A DNA stretch of 64,000 nucleotides from a virus. Where the stretch lies: positions 1 to 64,000 of the IMG/VR virus record IMGVR_UViG_3300010371_000030. The stretch is one strand, 5' to 3'. Shown here piece by piece: positions 43,773-54,149 of the stretch; the stretch's first letter is position 1; each line of letters starts with the position of its first letter. A program made the position numbers and the translations under genes. Below the pieces are notes generated by a model. The model had not been told where the DNA came from. It saw only the letters and a program-made list of their open reading frames with translations, and searched no databases.

Positions 43773-45941
43773 TCAGCTGTGGATGGTGATGGTGAAGTTT
43801 CCCGCCGTCGGAAGCTGGCGCGAAGTCAGGGTGATATCTGCCCATCCGTTCAGAACCACCTTGGTAATCGTCGGATCCACGGAGTGGATCTGGAAGTCGA
43901 TGAAGCTGAGAGCAATCACGCCCCCGAAAGACCACAGGAACGTCACGCCGTCCGGCCCCAGCGCTTCCGGTTGGAGGACCGCCGCCAACTGGTTGATGAT
44001 CATCTGGCTGGTCACCTCCACAGGCGCCCAGACGTCGGCATTGATGTTCACGGCCAACGGGCTGTAGTTGGTCGCGACCACCTGCTGATTCGCGACAAGG
44101 CGCTTGCGGACCGGCGGCACCACGGTCTTGTCGCCATTGAAGTAGGTGGACAGGTTTCCGAGCTGAAGTGCCGTCGCGAGCCCTCCGCCCTTCGCCACAC
44201 AGATGAGCTCAACCGTCTTGGGTCCGAATCCCTCTTCCACCGAGAAAGCGCGGCTGAACGGACTAGCGCCGGTGGAGTCGACGTAGTTGAGCGTCATGTC
44301 CGCGAGGTCATCCGGACCCAGCGCCACGTCACGATCACGGAGCGACGCGGGCCCTTCCTGCTTCGCTTGGGCGAGGCTCGCCGCGCTAGCGCTCTGCGCT
44401 TCTGCCCACCCGCTGGCCACGCGCGGATTCCAGAACTTGTTGATGAACGTCATTCCGGTCTTGTCGACCGAGATGGCCAGCGCGCCGACGTTTCCGTTGT
44501 CGTCGGCGCCATAGCGATAGTTGACCTGGATATTGCCCTGCCCGATGTCCGGGATGGCGCCGTTTTTGCCATCTCCGAACACGAACTGCGCCACGTTATC
44601 CGGTCCGAGCTGGACGCGGTACACCAGGTCTGCTCCGGCCGACGTCAGTAGCTGTAGAACATTCGTCCACGGTACGGCGTCGACCGTCAGCGCGTCGCTA
44701 TTGAGGATGAAGCCAGTCTGCGATGACGTAAACATCTGTCCGGGCGCACCCGTGGAGCTGCCCAACGTCTCGCCCAGCACCGACTTGCCCTGTACCACCT
44801 GCCCAATGACGTACTGCTTGCCTTGGTCGATGCGGATACGGCCGAACGTTCGGCCAGGCGTGGGCGAGCCCGAGACCGACACGACGCGAATGCGAAGCCA
44901 GAACGCCTTGATACCATTCACCGTGAATGGATTCCAGTCGTGCGTCAGGTCCTGAGGGAGCGTGTACCCCCACTGCGTCTCGGACTGCGAGACGGTGAAC
45001 GGCAACTCGCGCCAATCGGTCCCAATACCATAGTCAGATACATTGGTCGACGGCACCGACTGCCCGAGGAGTCCCGTGGTGACGATGTTGGTAGTGCCGT
45101 TCCAAGTGCTGACCACATCCTGATACGACGCGTTGGTCTGGAGCTGAACACGCACAGTCGCGCCGGCTCGGTTGTTCGGACCGAGGAGCGACGTGACATC
45201 GAACTGGAGCTGGCCACCGCCGATGTTGGTAACGGAAGTGGGCTGCGCGTTCTGGAAGTCTCCATCGTAATACTCCAGGATCTCAATGGAGACAGCAGGT
45301 CCTGTAGTAACGCTGCCCGTTCCGGCCACGAGATTGACCTGGTCCCACATGACCGTGCTATGGCCGATGTAGAGCATGTCGCCAGCCTTCTCGGTGCCAA
45401 TCCAGTTCCAGTTGGCACCGCCGATGGCGTTGGCGTTCGTAGTATTGTCTGTATACGTGAGCGCCGTTCCATCGAACGTGAGCACGCTCGTAAGCTGATC
45501 GGAACGGTCGATGGTGATGCCGGCCAAGCACTCGTATGGAACGGCCGGAGTGGTGCCCGACTGCTGCGTGGCGACTTGAGCGAGCTGCGGCACGACGGTC
45601 GTGGAAGTGTTGAACGGACGCGTGAGCTGGAACACGACGTCGGCCTGCGCCGGTGTCGCCGGGCGCATCTCGTAACCGATCAGCCGCAGCATGTTGCGGA
45701 TGGTCTCGGGCAGCTGCGCGGTCGGCAGCGTGCACTCGTTGGCGATCATGTCGATCAGCGTGTTGTTCAGATGCCCGACGAGTGCGGCCGCGCGCAGGAA
45801 CTGGATGAAGGGTTCAAAGTCGGATTCGTCGGTCAGCTCCGGCAGGTTCTCCCTCTTGTAGAGGATGAGCGCCTCCAGAATCTCACCATAGTAGAACACC
45901 GACCAGTTGAACGACGGGACCTTGATCACATTGGCAGCCAT
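43773..45941 (-). CDS. Baseplate J / gp6-like wedge protein
   Basis: PELTDESDFEP, LPTAQLPETIR..LRLIGY, FGDGKNGAIP and RDRDVALGPDD. Confidence 0.85.
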   Translation of the reverse strand: MAANVIKVPSFNWSVFYYGEILEALILYKRENLPELTDESDFEPFIQFLRAAALVGHLNNTLIDMIANECTLPTAQLPETIRNMLRLIGYEMRPATPAQADVVFQLTRPFNTSTTVVPQLAQVATQQSGTTPAVPYECLAGITIDRSDQLTSVLTFDGTALTYTDNTTNANAIGGANWNWIGTEKAGDMLYIGHSTVMWDQVNLVAGTGSVTTGPAVSIEILEYYDGDFQNAQPTSVTNIGGGQLQFDVTSLLGPNNRAGATVRVQLQTNASYQDVVSTWNGTTNIVTTGLLGQSVPSTNVSDYGIGTDWRELPFTVSQSETQWGYTLPQDLTHDWNPFTVNGIKAFWLRIRVVSVSGSPTPGRTFGRIRIDQGKQYVIGQVVQGKSVLGETLGSSTGAPGQMFTSSQTGFILNSDALTVDAVPWTNVLQLLTSAGADLVYRVQLGPDNVAQFVFGDGKNGAIPDIGQGNIQVNYRYGADDNGNVGALAISVDKTGMTFINKFWNPRVASGWAEAQSASAASLAQAKQEGPASLRDRDVALGPDDLADMTLNYVDSTGASPFSRAFSVEEGFGPKTVELICVAKGGGLATALQLGNLSTYFNGDKTVVPPVRKRLVANQQVVATNYSPLAVNINADVWAPVEVTSQMIINQLAAVLQPEALGPDGVTFLWSFGGVIALSFIDFQIHSVDPTITKVVLNGWADITLTSRQLPTAGNFTITIHS

Positions 45942-45942
45942 G

Positions 45943-46347
45943 TCACACCGTCCCAGTCGTCGTCGTGGTCGAGATGGTTTGTGGGAAGCTCATCTCAAAG
46001 TCCCGTTCGTTATCAGACTCCATGTTCCAGTACACGAACGAAAGCACCAGTTCGCCCGCGGTAGTCGTCGCCCAGTTCACGGAGCCTTGGACGAGCTTGT
46101 ATCGCTTCTGCGCCTCAAAGCTCTGGAAGATGGTCACCAGCCTCGACATGATCCTGGACTTCGACACGGTGTCTGAGATGGTGAAGATTGGAGTCAATCC
46201 CAAGCCTGGATTCTGCTGGAAGGCGTTGTCGTTACTATCGTCCAGCATGGCCGTGCGAATGATCTTCCGGTCGTTGTCATCGCCAGAAACCATCGCGGCC
46301 CCGCCACCGGGACCGACGCCAACAGGGATTGCCAATCCAGTCGCCAT
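45943..46347 (-). CDS. Baseplate wedge gp25/gpW-like protein
   Basis: 134 aa immediately before baseplate J; size and position fit. Confidence 0.65.
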   Translation of the reverse strand: MATGLAIPVGVGPGGGAAMVSGDDNDRKIIRTAMLDDSNDNAFQQNPGLGLTPIFTISDTVSKSRIMSRLVTIFQSFEAQKRYKLVQGSVNWATTTAGELVLSFVYWNMESDNERDFEMSFPQTISTTTTTGTV

Positions 46348-46350
46348 GTA

Positions 46351-46767
46351 TCACCGAGGCAGGCCAGGGTTGGAGCCGCCCGAGCCGGGGATGGAGCCCA
46401 TGGACGAGCGATGCGGGCCGGTCGCCTCCACGTCAGAGCAGCGGCACATATCCAGGCCACGAGGCTTCTCGTCCTGCTCGCCGAACCATCCGCCGCACTC
46501 CTCGCACAGGAGCACTTGCGGCGCGAGCCGTCGGAGCGCGCGACGGATACGAACCAGCTGGCCAGGGATGGTATCCACCACAGTATTGGTTTCTTGGTGG
46601 ATACGCATCGCGTCCTGTAGGATGGGCAGAAGCTGTCTTGTGATGGAAGCCTGCTCTTCCAGAGTCTGTACGTGCTTGTTCGTGATGACCTTGATCGCCC
46701 ACACGATGGCAGCGGCGACGGTCATGATCGCACTGGCGGCGGCGGCATCGGGGAATGTAATCGTCAT
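46351..46767 (-). CDS. Hypothetical membrane protein (single N-terminal TM, C-terminal Cys motifs)
   Basis: AAAASAIMTVAAAIVWAI; CEECG...CRC. Confidence 0.55.
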   Translation of the reverse strand: MTITFPDAAAASAIMTVAAAIVWAIKVITNKHVQTLEEQASITRQLLPILQDAMRIHQETNTVVDTIPGQLVRIRRALRRLAPQVLLCEECGGWFGEQDEKPRGLDMCRCSDVEATGPHRSSMGSIPGSGGSNPGLPR

Positions 46768-46788
46768 GGTGCTTCCTATCCTACGATG

Positions 46789-47688
46789 TCACCCGCATTT
46801 CACCACGGTCGACTCCAGCCCGGAAGGCGGAGTGATTGGCGGCCCCGTAGGCGAGCCCGGACCCGAGGTGGAGTGGGTATGGTTGGTGAGGTAATTGGTG
46901 ATCTCATCGCCAAGTCCTACGCCGTGCGCGTTGCCTCCCAGGTCCACCTCGTCGGCATTCACGACGCATTTGGCGCCGCTGGCGACGTTGACCGTGACTC
47001 CGCTGCTATCCAGCGTGACGGTGTTTCCGTTCTTGTCGGTAACGGTGATGCCGTTCTCATCGAGCTTGATGGAGTTTTGGTTCTGATCGGTGACCGTGAT
47101 AGCAGGCGTGCTATCCATCACGATGCTGTTCTGGTTTTCGTCGGACACCGTCAGCTGCTTTTGATCGGCATCCATGGTGACTGTCGCCCCGTTCTTGTTC
47201 GTGAGCGACACGGAACCATTCTGGTCCACCTGAAGGCTCGCCTGGTCGCCGCCTTTGTTCTGCCACTGAACGGTGAGCGCCTCTTGCCCCTCGGTGTCAT
47301 CGAACCAAATGATATGGCCTACGGGCGTGGCGAAGCCACGTCGCTTGCCGTAGTTGGTCAGGAACGGCGACGGAACAGGGGTTGGCGTGTCGCCGTCGGT
47401 ATTGCCCCATAGACGCGTACCGCGCCACCGAAGGTTCATGCTCACGATGGAGACGGTGCCGGGCTGCTCGTCGTCGCTCGCCCCGGTCACGGCGACAATC
47501 TCCACCAGCTCGCCCACATCCGGTACCACAAACCATCCCCACGGAAGGTACGGCTTGATCCATTGGGGCAGGTCCTGGTCCTCGCCATCGAGTAGCGCCT
47601 GGCACGCTACCCTGATCTGCCCGAGCTGATCAGGGTCCTCATTGGCAGTAACGACGGCCAGATGGCACTCTTCAACAACTACAGACAT
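46789..47688 (-). CDS. Baseplate spike (gpV / gp5-VgrG-like)
   Basis: NEDPDQLGQIRV, FVVPDVGE, TPVGHIIWFDD, beta-repeats T(V)TDxNxN and C-terminal HTH (HxH) motif. Confidence 0.88.
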   Translation of the reverse strand: MSVVVEECHLAVVTANEDPDQLGQIRVACQALLDGEDQDLPQWIKPYLPWGWFVVPDVGELVEIVAVTGASDDEQPGTVSIVSMNLRWRGTRLWGNTDGDTPTPVPSPFLTNYGKRRGFATPVGHIIWFDDTEGQEALTVQWQNKGGDQASLQVDQNGSVSLTNKNGATVTMDADQKQLTVSDENQNSIVMDSTPAITVTDQNQNSIKLDENGITVTDKNGNTVTLDSSGVTVNVASGAKCVVNADEVDLGGNAHGVGLGDEITNYLTNHTHSTSGPGSPTGPPITPPSGLESTVVKCG

Positions 47689-47690
47689 GG

Positions 47691-49028
47691 CTAGCTGGTC
47701 TCCCCAAACACGCTGTTCGCAGGCGATTGAACCTGAGTCGCCGACACATCCGGGAGCGAGGGGACCACACGCCGTGCGCTGAAGTCCAGCTCATATCCGC
47801 TCCCTGGATTCATGATGTGGCGAACGCGGGTGAAGTAGTACGACCCATCGAACAAGGTTCCAAGGCCGTGCAGATTGTGAGTCTGGCGCGCCATGATATC
47901 CTCGATGCCGATGATTCGCCCGTTGCCGATGATGAACAGCTCCCGATAGCGCCTGAACCAGTTGTTCGCCCAGAGGGCGAGCGCTTGCGGGCTGTCGAAA
48001 AAGCGGTTGGTCTTGACCTCAAAGCTGTACTCTTCCAAGAACAGCTTGACGGTTGAGCCGGAGCCGGCCGCCGTGAGAATCTCGTTGCCTTGTGGCACGA
48101 GGGTGGCAGGCGCCGACTTGTTCGCAGACGGATTGGGAGTCGTCGGATCCACGAACACGTCGGGGGAATCGTCGTTTTCCTCTTCCAAGACGGCCGTGAT
48201 CAGCTTTCCAGTCTTCCAGTCCTTGGTCTCAGCCTTCATCTTGGTGACGGCGTGCTGGATGGCCAGCTCGGCGTCGAAGGACATGAGCGTGCTGTAGTCC
48301 TGCTGGTTGTACTCGAATGTATACACCTTGTCTTGGACGTCGGACTGCTGGAGCTTGTCTGGGTCCTTGAAATGGAGCGTCCAGTTGCCTTGGTCGTCGC
48401 CGTCTACCCAGAACAGGAAGCCACACAGATTGGCGAGCCCGCGCACAAAGTCATAGTCCTTCATGTGCGCCTTCTGGATGAAGTCGCTGGGCGGGTCTGG
48501 CGTCTGGTCGATGTCGAGGATGAAGCCATAGTCGGCTGCGCGAGCAGACACAGCGTCGCTGTACGTGAACTGCTTGAACCGACGTCCAGCCTTGGACTTG
48601 ACCACCTTGAGCTTTGGATTCTTCTTTCCGACCACCTTCTGGTCCTTCAGATTCTCCGGCGCGGTATCGGACATCATCGAGTCCTTGGTGTACGCGATGA
48701 CTTCCATCGACGGAAGCGCGTTGGCCGGGAAGCTGGGCCGGATGCGGCGGATGATCGCCCGTCCGATGTGGTTCAGCATCGGTCCGTAACCCAGCCAGAG
48801 GTCCAGCTCGTTGCCAGGTACGAACAACTTGCTGTCCCGGACAAGGAGCCGGCCAGTGCTGTCCGTCTGCGGGTCAGAAACTGTCAGCTTGAGCTGATCG
48901 TGCATTCCATCTGCGGATTCGTACTCCAGCGACTGAATACACGCCCTGATACCGTCTGCGATTCGGTTGCCGTTGACAGCCAAATCGAAGTTGGGGGCAT
49001 TGACTCCGAGGTCAGAAGGGCCCGGCAT
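47691..49028 (-). CDS. Baseplate hub (gpD / late control D-like)
   Basis: LDLWLGYG, KDYDFVRGLA and GLGTLFDGSYYFTRVRH. Confidence 0.82.
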   Translation of the reverse strand: MPGPSDLGVNAPNFDLAVNGNRIADGIRACIQSLEYESADGMHDQLKLTVSDPQTDSTGRLLVRDSKLFVPGNELDLWLGYGPMLNHIGRAIIRRIRPSFPANALPSMEVIAYTKDSMMSDTAPENLKDQKVVGKKNPKLKVVKSKAGRRFKQFTYSDAVSARAADYGFILDIDQTPDPPSDFIQKAHMKDYDFVRGLANLCGFLFWVDGDDQGNWTLHFKDPDKLQQSDVQDKVYTFEYNQQDYSTLMSFDAELAIQHAVTKMKAETKDWKTGKLITAVLEEENDDSPDVFVDPTTPNPSANKSAPATLVPQGNEILTAAGSGSTVKLFLEEYSFEVKTNRFFDSPQALALWANNWFRRYRELFIIGNGRIIGIEDIMARQTHNLHGLGTLFDGSYYFTRVRHIMNPGSGYELDFSARRVVPSLPDVSATQVQSPANSVFGETS

Positions 49029-49031
49029 GGT

Positions 49032-49859
49032 TCACTCGCCGCTCCGAGGAGTGATGTTGACCACGAAGGATGTATATGGCGTGCTACGAAGCTTGAACCA
49101 GGCAATGCGATGGTCTCGCGTGTCGCTCTGCTTCCGGCCGAAGGCTCCCGCGAGCTGGATGGACTGCTGCTGTGGCACCGACGTTCGGATGCCCTCGATG
49201 GAGGGCAGCACGACGATGTCACCGGTACCAATCAGCGGCACGTTGATACTCCGCTGCCGGAGTACCACACCCAGCATTGGGTTGCCATACTCTTGCTGCG
49301 CGAGCAGCTCATAGTAGTCGCCCTCTTTCGCTCGGGCGTAGCGCGTGTCCGTGTTCTGCGTATCATCGACGCTGAACGGCACATACACGATCATGTTCAT
49401 CGTGAACGTGACGTGCCGGACGTCGCCCAGGAACGTTGGCTGGTTGTATTCGATGTCGGTGACGGACTCGATGATCACCTGCTTGGTCAGGCTGCTCGAC
49501 GTTCCAAGCATGAACAAGCACACGGGCGGCCGACGCACGATGCTATCGAGCTGGGACCAACTCACCAGCTTGTCGACCTTCGCGGCCGGGTCCGACGACG
49601 TGATGTCGCGCATGTAAAAGCGCGACTTGAGCGACAGCGTCTCTTCCTTGCCGTTCAGGAACTGGAGGATGGGATTCTGGCGATTGAGCGACGTAGTGCG
49701 CGAGATGTTGCTGCCAGTGTTCCGGGTGAAGCCGTCGTGCGGGAAGTCACCGATGAACACCTCGCCAGTTTCGGTGTTGGTGATCGTCCACGTCGCCGTC
49801 TTGAGCAACGCCTCCAGAACGGTTGCGCCGACGCCAATTGCTGCCGCTGCGACTCCCAT
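49032..49859 (-). CDS. Tail tube initiator / gpU-gpX (LysM-like) protein
   Basis: PILQFLNG...RPPVCLF; C-terminal KEGDYYELLAQQEYGNP; position after the tape measure gene. Confidence 0.7.
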   Translation of the reverse strand: MGVAAAAIGVGATVLEALLKTATWTITNTETGEVFIGDFPHDGFTRNTGSNISRTTSLNRQNPILQFLNGKEETLSLKSRFYMRDITSSDPAAKVDKLVSWSQLDSIVRRPPVCLFMLGTSSSLTKQVIIESVTDIEYNQPTFLGDVRHVTFTMNMIVYVPFSVDDTQNTDTRYARAKEGDYYELLAQQEYGNPMLGVVLRQRSINVPLIGTGDIVVLPSIEGIRTSVPQQQSIQLAGAFGRKQSDTRDHRIAWFKLRSTPYTSFVVNITPRSGE

Positions 49860-49861
49860 GG

Positions 49862-52342
49862 CTACATCGTCCCCAATCCACCGACCGGGACAGCTCCCTG
49901 CTCGGCAATCGCGCGCCGCTGCCACGGCGTCGTTTTGAAGCCATTACGCTCGTGGATCTCTTGGGTGTGCTTGGCGCTGGCCAGAGCCACCTCGCGCCCG
50001 TCGATCTTGGTACAAGCGTTGACATCGATCTTGCGCTTGTCTTCCAAGTTGACCTTCACATCGACGTTGGGCGTCTTGTTCTTGTCCGCCTCCTTGTCGG
50101 CGAACGCCTGCTGGATCTTGTCGAGGAAGCTGCCCTTGTCGTCCTTGGCAACCGAAGGCTGCTTGCCCAGAGCGTTGAAGTCGGCGCTCGCCACCTGGTC
50201 TTGGATGCTGAAGCTCCCTTGTGCGGCGAATTCTCGGAAGCCCTTTGGCACCCAATCGCTCTTGCCCACGGCATCGGCGAGCATCACCATCGCTTTCACC
50301 GTCTCGTGGATGTTGTTCACCACGTTTTCGATGATCCATAGAGCGATGGACTTGATCAGACGAAACACCGGAGTCAGCGCGTCCAGCAGCATATCGAAGG
50401 CGACGATGGCCTTGGATACGAACCAACCAACGATGGAGCCCAGTACGCTGAACAGACCCTTCATGAAGGGTGTGAGGAAGCGGAACGCCTCGATGACTCC
50501 GCCGATGGCCTGTGCGGCAATCTCTCGGAACGTAGTCATGAACGTCTTGAGTTTCTCCCACGCATACATGGCATAGGGCAGCACGTAGTCGATGAAGGAC
50601 TTGGCGAACGGCTGGATGGCCGTATCATATACCCAGTTGATCAAGTCGCCGATGGCGTTGAAGATGCGCTTGAACGTGTCCCAGACGCTCTCTCCCTGGT
50701 TCCGGAAAAGCAGGAAGACCGCCACGGCGATCAGCCCCCATCCGGTCATCGCGGTGGCGATGAACTCGATAACAGTAGCGATGGCGCTAACGGCCGGGAT
50801 GACGACCGAGGTTACGAACGCGGCGACGCCCGCGAAGGCGATGAGAATGGGCGCGATGAGCCCGCCGACGAGCACGAGGATGGTCACGACCTTGGCGATG
50901 GAACGAACAATCTCCGGGCTGGCCGTGCCCGCCACCTGCTGCATGAAGGCCATGAACTCCGCCTTCACTTCGCCGATGGTCGTGATCACCCAGTCGAATC
51001 CATCCTTGATCCCGACGGCGACGTTGAACGTCGTGGCACCATACTTCTTGATGAGCGCTTCGTCAGTCTCCGTCTTGGAGTTGAGCGCTTGCATCACGAG
51101 GATGACGTTGTTGAGCGCGTCGGTGATGATGTCGAACGTGCCCGACATCGGCTTGAGGAAGGCACCAAACGCCTCGATGAAGAACACCTGGACCGACGAC
51201 GCAAGGAGCGTCATACGCCCGGCCAGGTTGTCGAGGCGCCGTTTGGCCATCTGGTCGGCCGTCCCCTCCGCGTGGGACAGCTGGTCAAACAGCTTGTCGA
51301 TCTTGCCGGACTCGATGCCCGCCTGGAAGGCGTTGAACGCCTTCATGCCACGGTCGCCGAACAGCTCTTGTGCCAGAGCGGCTTTCTTGACCACGTCCGT
51401 CTCGCCGGACATGGCCTTGTCGATCTGCTTGACGACATTGATGATGTCCAGACCGCCATCCGCGGTCTTGGCCATCTCGATGTTGTGCGCCTTGAGCCAG
51501 TGAGTTGCCTCCTGCGACGGCTTGGCCAGCTTCTTGAGCATGGCGGCAAACGAAGTACCGCCCACAGAGCCTCGGTTGCCCGCGTCGGCGGCAAGACCGA
51601 GCATGGTCGCCGTGGTCGCCAGATCAATCTTCATGATCCGAGCGTTGGCGGAGGCGTATTTGAACGCCTCGCCCAGGGAGACCATGTCCGTGTTGGTCTT
51701 GGTGCTGGTCATCGCGAGCACGTCAGACACAGAGCTGGCTTCCTTGAAGTCCATGCCCATGCCACGGATGACCTTAGAAACGATGTCCGCCGACGTCGCC
51801 AGGTCGATGGAGCCGGCCGCCGCCGCGTCGAGCACGCCCTTGATGCCAGACATGGTCTCCGGGACCGTCGCGCCCGCTCGGGCCATATTCTCCATGGCCT
51901 GGCCGACCGACGTGGCAGAGAACACAGTCTCGACACCGAGCTGCTTGGCTTTGTTCGTCAGCGTCGTCATGTCGGTGGCAGAGGCAAGCGAGACGGCGCC
52001 CACGGCGCTCATCTGCTTCTCAAAGTCCATTGCGTCTTTGATGCCAAGACCAAAGCCCGCGGACAGCGGAGCGAGCGCCATGCCGAGGGAGCCCGCGATG
52101 CCACCTACCTTGCTCACGGCGTTGCTGATCGACGCGGTGGCGCTCTCGGTCTGCCGCCCGGCTGCGGCAGCTTTCTTGCCAAGAGCGTCCACCGCGTCAC
52201 CAGCCTGCTGCGCCTTCGGGGGAAGCTGTTCAGTCGCCTGGCTCAGGAACTGCGACGCTTGACCGGCCTGTCCCATCCCCTGGACGGCCTGATTGACGTC
52301 CATCGTCATCACCGCACCCAGGCCCATCTTGTCAAGCGCCAT
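49862..52342 (-). CDS. Tail tape measure protein (TP901 family core)
   Basis: AMDFEKQMSAVGAV, TVFSATSVGQAMENMARAG and GTADQMAKRRLDNL; hydrophobic segments. Confidence 0.93.
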   Translation of the reverse strand: MALDKMGLGAVMTMDVNQAVQGMGQAGQASQFLSQATEQLPPKAQQAGDAVDALGKKAAAAGRQTESATASISNAVSKVGGIAGSLGMALAPLSAGFGLGIKDAMDFEKQMSAVGAVSLASATDMTTLTNKAKQLGVETVFSATSVGQAMENMARAGATVPETMSGIKGVLDAAAAGSIDLATSADIVSKVIRGMGMDFKEASSVSDVLAMTSTKTNTDMVSLGEAFKYASANARIMKIDLATTATMLGLAADAGNRGSVGGTSFAAMLKKLAKPSQEATHWLKAHNIEMAKTADGGLDIINVVKQIDKAMSGETDVVKKAALAQELFGDRGMKAFNAFQAGIESGKIDKLFDQLSHAEGTADQMAKRRLDNLAGRMTLLASSVQVFFIEAFGAFLKPMSGTFDIITDALNNVILVMQALNSKTETDEALIKKYGATTFNVAVGIKDGFDWVITTIGEVKAEFMAFMQQVAGTASPEIVRSIAKVVTILVLVGGLIAPILIAFAGVAAFVTSVVIPAVSAIATVIEFIATAMTGWGLIAVAVFLLFRNQGESVWDTFKRIFNAIGDLINWVYDTAIQPFAKSFIDYVLPYAMYAWEKLKTFMTTFREIAAQAIGGVIEAFRFLTPFMKGLFSVLGSIVGWFVSKAIVAFDMLLDALTPVFRLIKSIALWIIENVVNNIHETVKAMVMLADAVGKSDWVPKGFREFAAQGSFSIQDQVASADFNALGKQPSVAKDDKGSFLDKIQQAFADKEADKNKTPNVDVKVNLEDKRKIDVNACTKIDGREVALASAKHTQEIHERNGFKTTPWQRRAIAEQGAVPVGGLGTM

Positions 52343-52348
52343 GACCGT

Positions 52349-52567
52349 TCACCTTCTCTTGCGCCGGGCGCGCTCGTTGGCGGCTTTCTCCGCCTTCTGT
52401 TCCTTCTCCAGCTGTTGCCCGAGACGTTGGATGTACCACGCTCGCTCAGCCGAGTCCATGTTCATGACGTCCGTCCAGTTGAATGCTCCCTTCGAACAGT
52501 ACGTCAGGGTGAAGATGTCTTCCCGCAGCTCCTTGAGGTCTGCTAGCGGGAAGAATTGGAGAAAAAA
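52349..52567 (-). CDS. -1 frameshift extension of the tail assembly chaperone (GT / E+E' type)
   Basis: Open -1 frame FFLQFFPLADLKELREDIFTLTYCSKGAFNWTDVMNMDSAERAWYIQRL...RKRR after the slippery T TTT TTC at 52561..52567. Confidence 0.8.
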   Translation of the reverse strand, partial: FFLQFFPLADLKELREDIFTLTYCSKGAFNWTDVMNMDSAERAWYIQRLGQQLEKEQKAEKAANERARRKRR

Positions 52568-53550
52568 GCGTCATATCTCCAATCGATGGGCTGGAGAGAT
52601 TCCTTCTCACACCGCTCGCACGTCAGCTCCAGCGCCATCTTCGGGCCCACGTTCATGTCGTCCACCGCGGACACGAGCCCCTCCAGGTCGCGCTTGTGGA
52701 TGTAGTCCATATCAGCCTCGGTCATGGCGGTGTTCTGCGGGTTGTCGACGAAGCCGACGATGGCCCCGCGAAGGACAGCCAGCTTGGACGTCGCGTCGGT
52801 GATCACGCCGGTGGCAGCCATCTCGACGGAGTGCCACGGGGTCGGCCCCATCCGGAAGCCGGTGACCTTCTTGCCCCGGATGTCGACGGGGCGCTGGAGC
52901 GTGTACGTCCAGTACAGAGCATCGGGATGCTCGACGGTGATCACCTCCAGCGTGTCCAGGTCGGCCGGGAAGAGCCACTTGTGCTGGCAGAACGGGCACT
53001 GGACGTTCATCTTGATGATGTTGCCCATAGCCTCGCGACGCAGGTAGCAGTAGGCGTAAAGCACGTCGCCCATCGACATCTGAGCGAGCTGGACGCGCCG
53101 CTCGGTGACGTCGCTCTGCTTCGCCGGCATGTCCGGCCACGTGAGCGCACCGAATTCCGAACACATGCACGCGACCACGAGCGTGACGTGCTGGGCCATG
53201 TTGTCGCCCTTTTTCTTGAACTTGGCGATGGCCTTCTCCTCCAGCGTACGCCAGGGCCGCGCGTCGATGCGCTTGACCAACGGCTCGCCCGACGTCGCGA
53301 CGATACCGCCGACGGTCGTGGTGCCTCCGGCGTGGACGATGGAGCCGACCGGAAGGCGCGGCCCCAGCTGCCCGAGGGTGGTCTTGCCGCGCGTCTTCTT
53401 GGTGTCTTCGGCCGGCTTGTCGCCGTCGCCCTCGGGCTTGGCCGGAGGGGCGAAGACAGCGCGCCCCGGAAGCGGGGCGGCGGTCGTGGTCGGAGCGTCT
53501 TTCTTGGTATCGGTCTTGTCGGTCGGCATGATGTTTTCGGTCGCCTCCAA
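52543..53550 (-). CDS. Tail assembly chaperone (T4 gp26-like, two CxxC motifs)
   Basis: Between tube and tape measure; CPFC and CERC; ends DAFFSNSSR (true start may be 53529). Confidence 0.75.
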   Translation of the reverse strand: MEATENIMPTDKTDTKKDAPTTTAAPLPGRAVFAPPAKPEGDGDKPAEDTKKTRGKTTLGQLGPRLPVGSIVHAGGTTTVGGIVATSGEPLVKRIDARPWRTLEEKAIAKFKKKGDNMAQHVTLVVACMCSEFGALTWPDMPAKQSDVTERRVQLAQMSMGDVLYAYCYLRREAMGNIIKMNVQCPFCQHKWLFPADLDTLEVITVEHPDALYWTYTLQRPVDIRGKKVTGFRMGPTPWHSVEMAATGVITDATSKLAVLRGAIVGFVDNPQNTAMTEADMDYIHKRDLEGLVSAVDDMNVGPKMALELTCERCEKESLQPIDWRYDAFFSNSSR

Positions 53551-53593
53551 TTGGCTTTCGCCTTGTTAGGCCCACCTGGTGGATTGGTGTCGA

Positions 53594-54031
53594 TCAGAGC
53601 GGGATGATGTCGTCGATGGAGATGGGGAACGTGATCACCTGCATGTTGCCTTCGTCGCCCATCTTCATGCCGGGGATGCCGCGGCCGGTGACCCAGACGC
53701 CCACGAGCGTGTAGGAGCGGCCTGCCGCGCCGGAGAGCCGCGGCATGACGAGGGTGCAGGGAATCTTGTACGTCGGCAGCACGGGGTCCTGCCCCGACTT
53801 GTACCACAGCTCCATCGCGATGATGTCGGCATCGTGGTGTGCGGGGATGCTGATCTCCGTGGTCGTCGGGGGACGGACGCCGCCAGTGGCCGCCGTACGG
53901 TCGGGCAGCTCGATGCGAGTGAGCTCTTCTTTCAGCTCGCCAATCTCGACGGCAGTGATGGGCGCGATGCCCACCGGCAGGAACTGGAACTGGTTGTCTG
54001 CGATGTGGTCGGGTTGGATCGCGCCCTTCAT
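53594..54031 (-). CDS. Tail tube protein
   Basis: 145 aa downstream of the sheath; size, position and beta-rich pattern; GAGAGG RBS. Confidence 0.7.
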   Translation of the reverse strand: MKGAIQPDHIADNQFQFLPVGIAPITAVEIGELKEELTRIELPDRTAATGGVRPPTTTEISIPAHHDADIIAMELWYKSGQDPVLPTYKIPCTLVMPRLSGAAGRSYTLVGVWVTGRGIPGMKMGDEGNMQVITFPISIDDIIPL

Positions 54032-54056
54032 GGCCTCTCCTCCATCCTTCTGGCTT

Positions 54057-54124
54057 GATGCGAGATGCTGGCCCCTGCGTGCCGCCGGAAGGGCGACGAG
54101 CTAGGGGCCAGCACGGGACGCATC
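54057..54124. other. Long intergenic stem-loop upstream of the tail tube gene
   Basis: Nested arms GATGCG/CGCATC and TGCTGGCCCCT/AGGGGCCAGCA. Confidence 0.6.
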
Positions 54125-54149
54125 GGTCATTCCTCGTGTCAGCGGCGTG

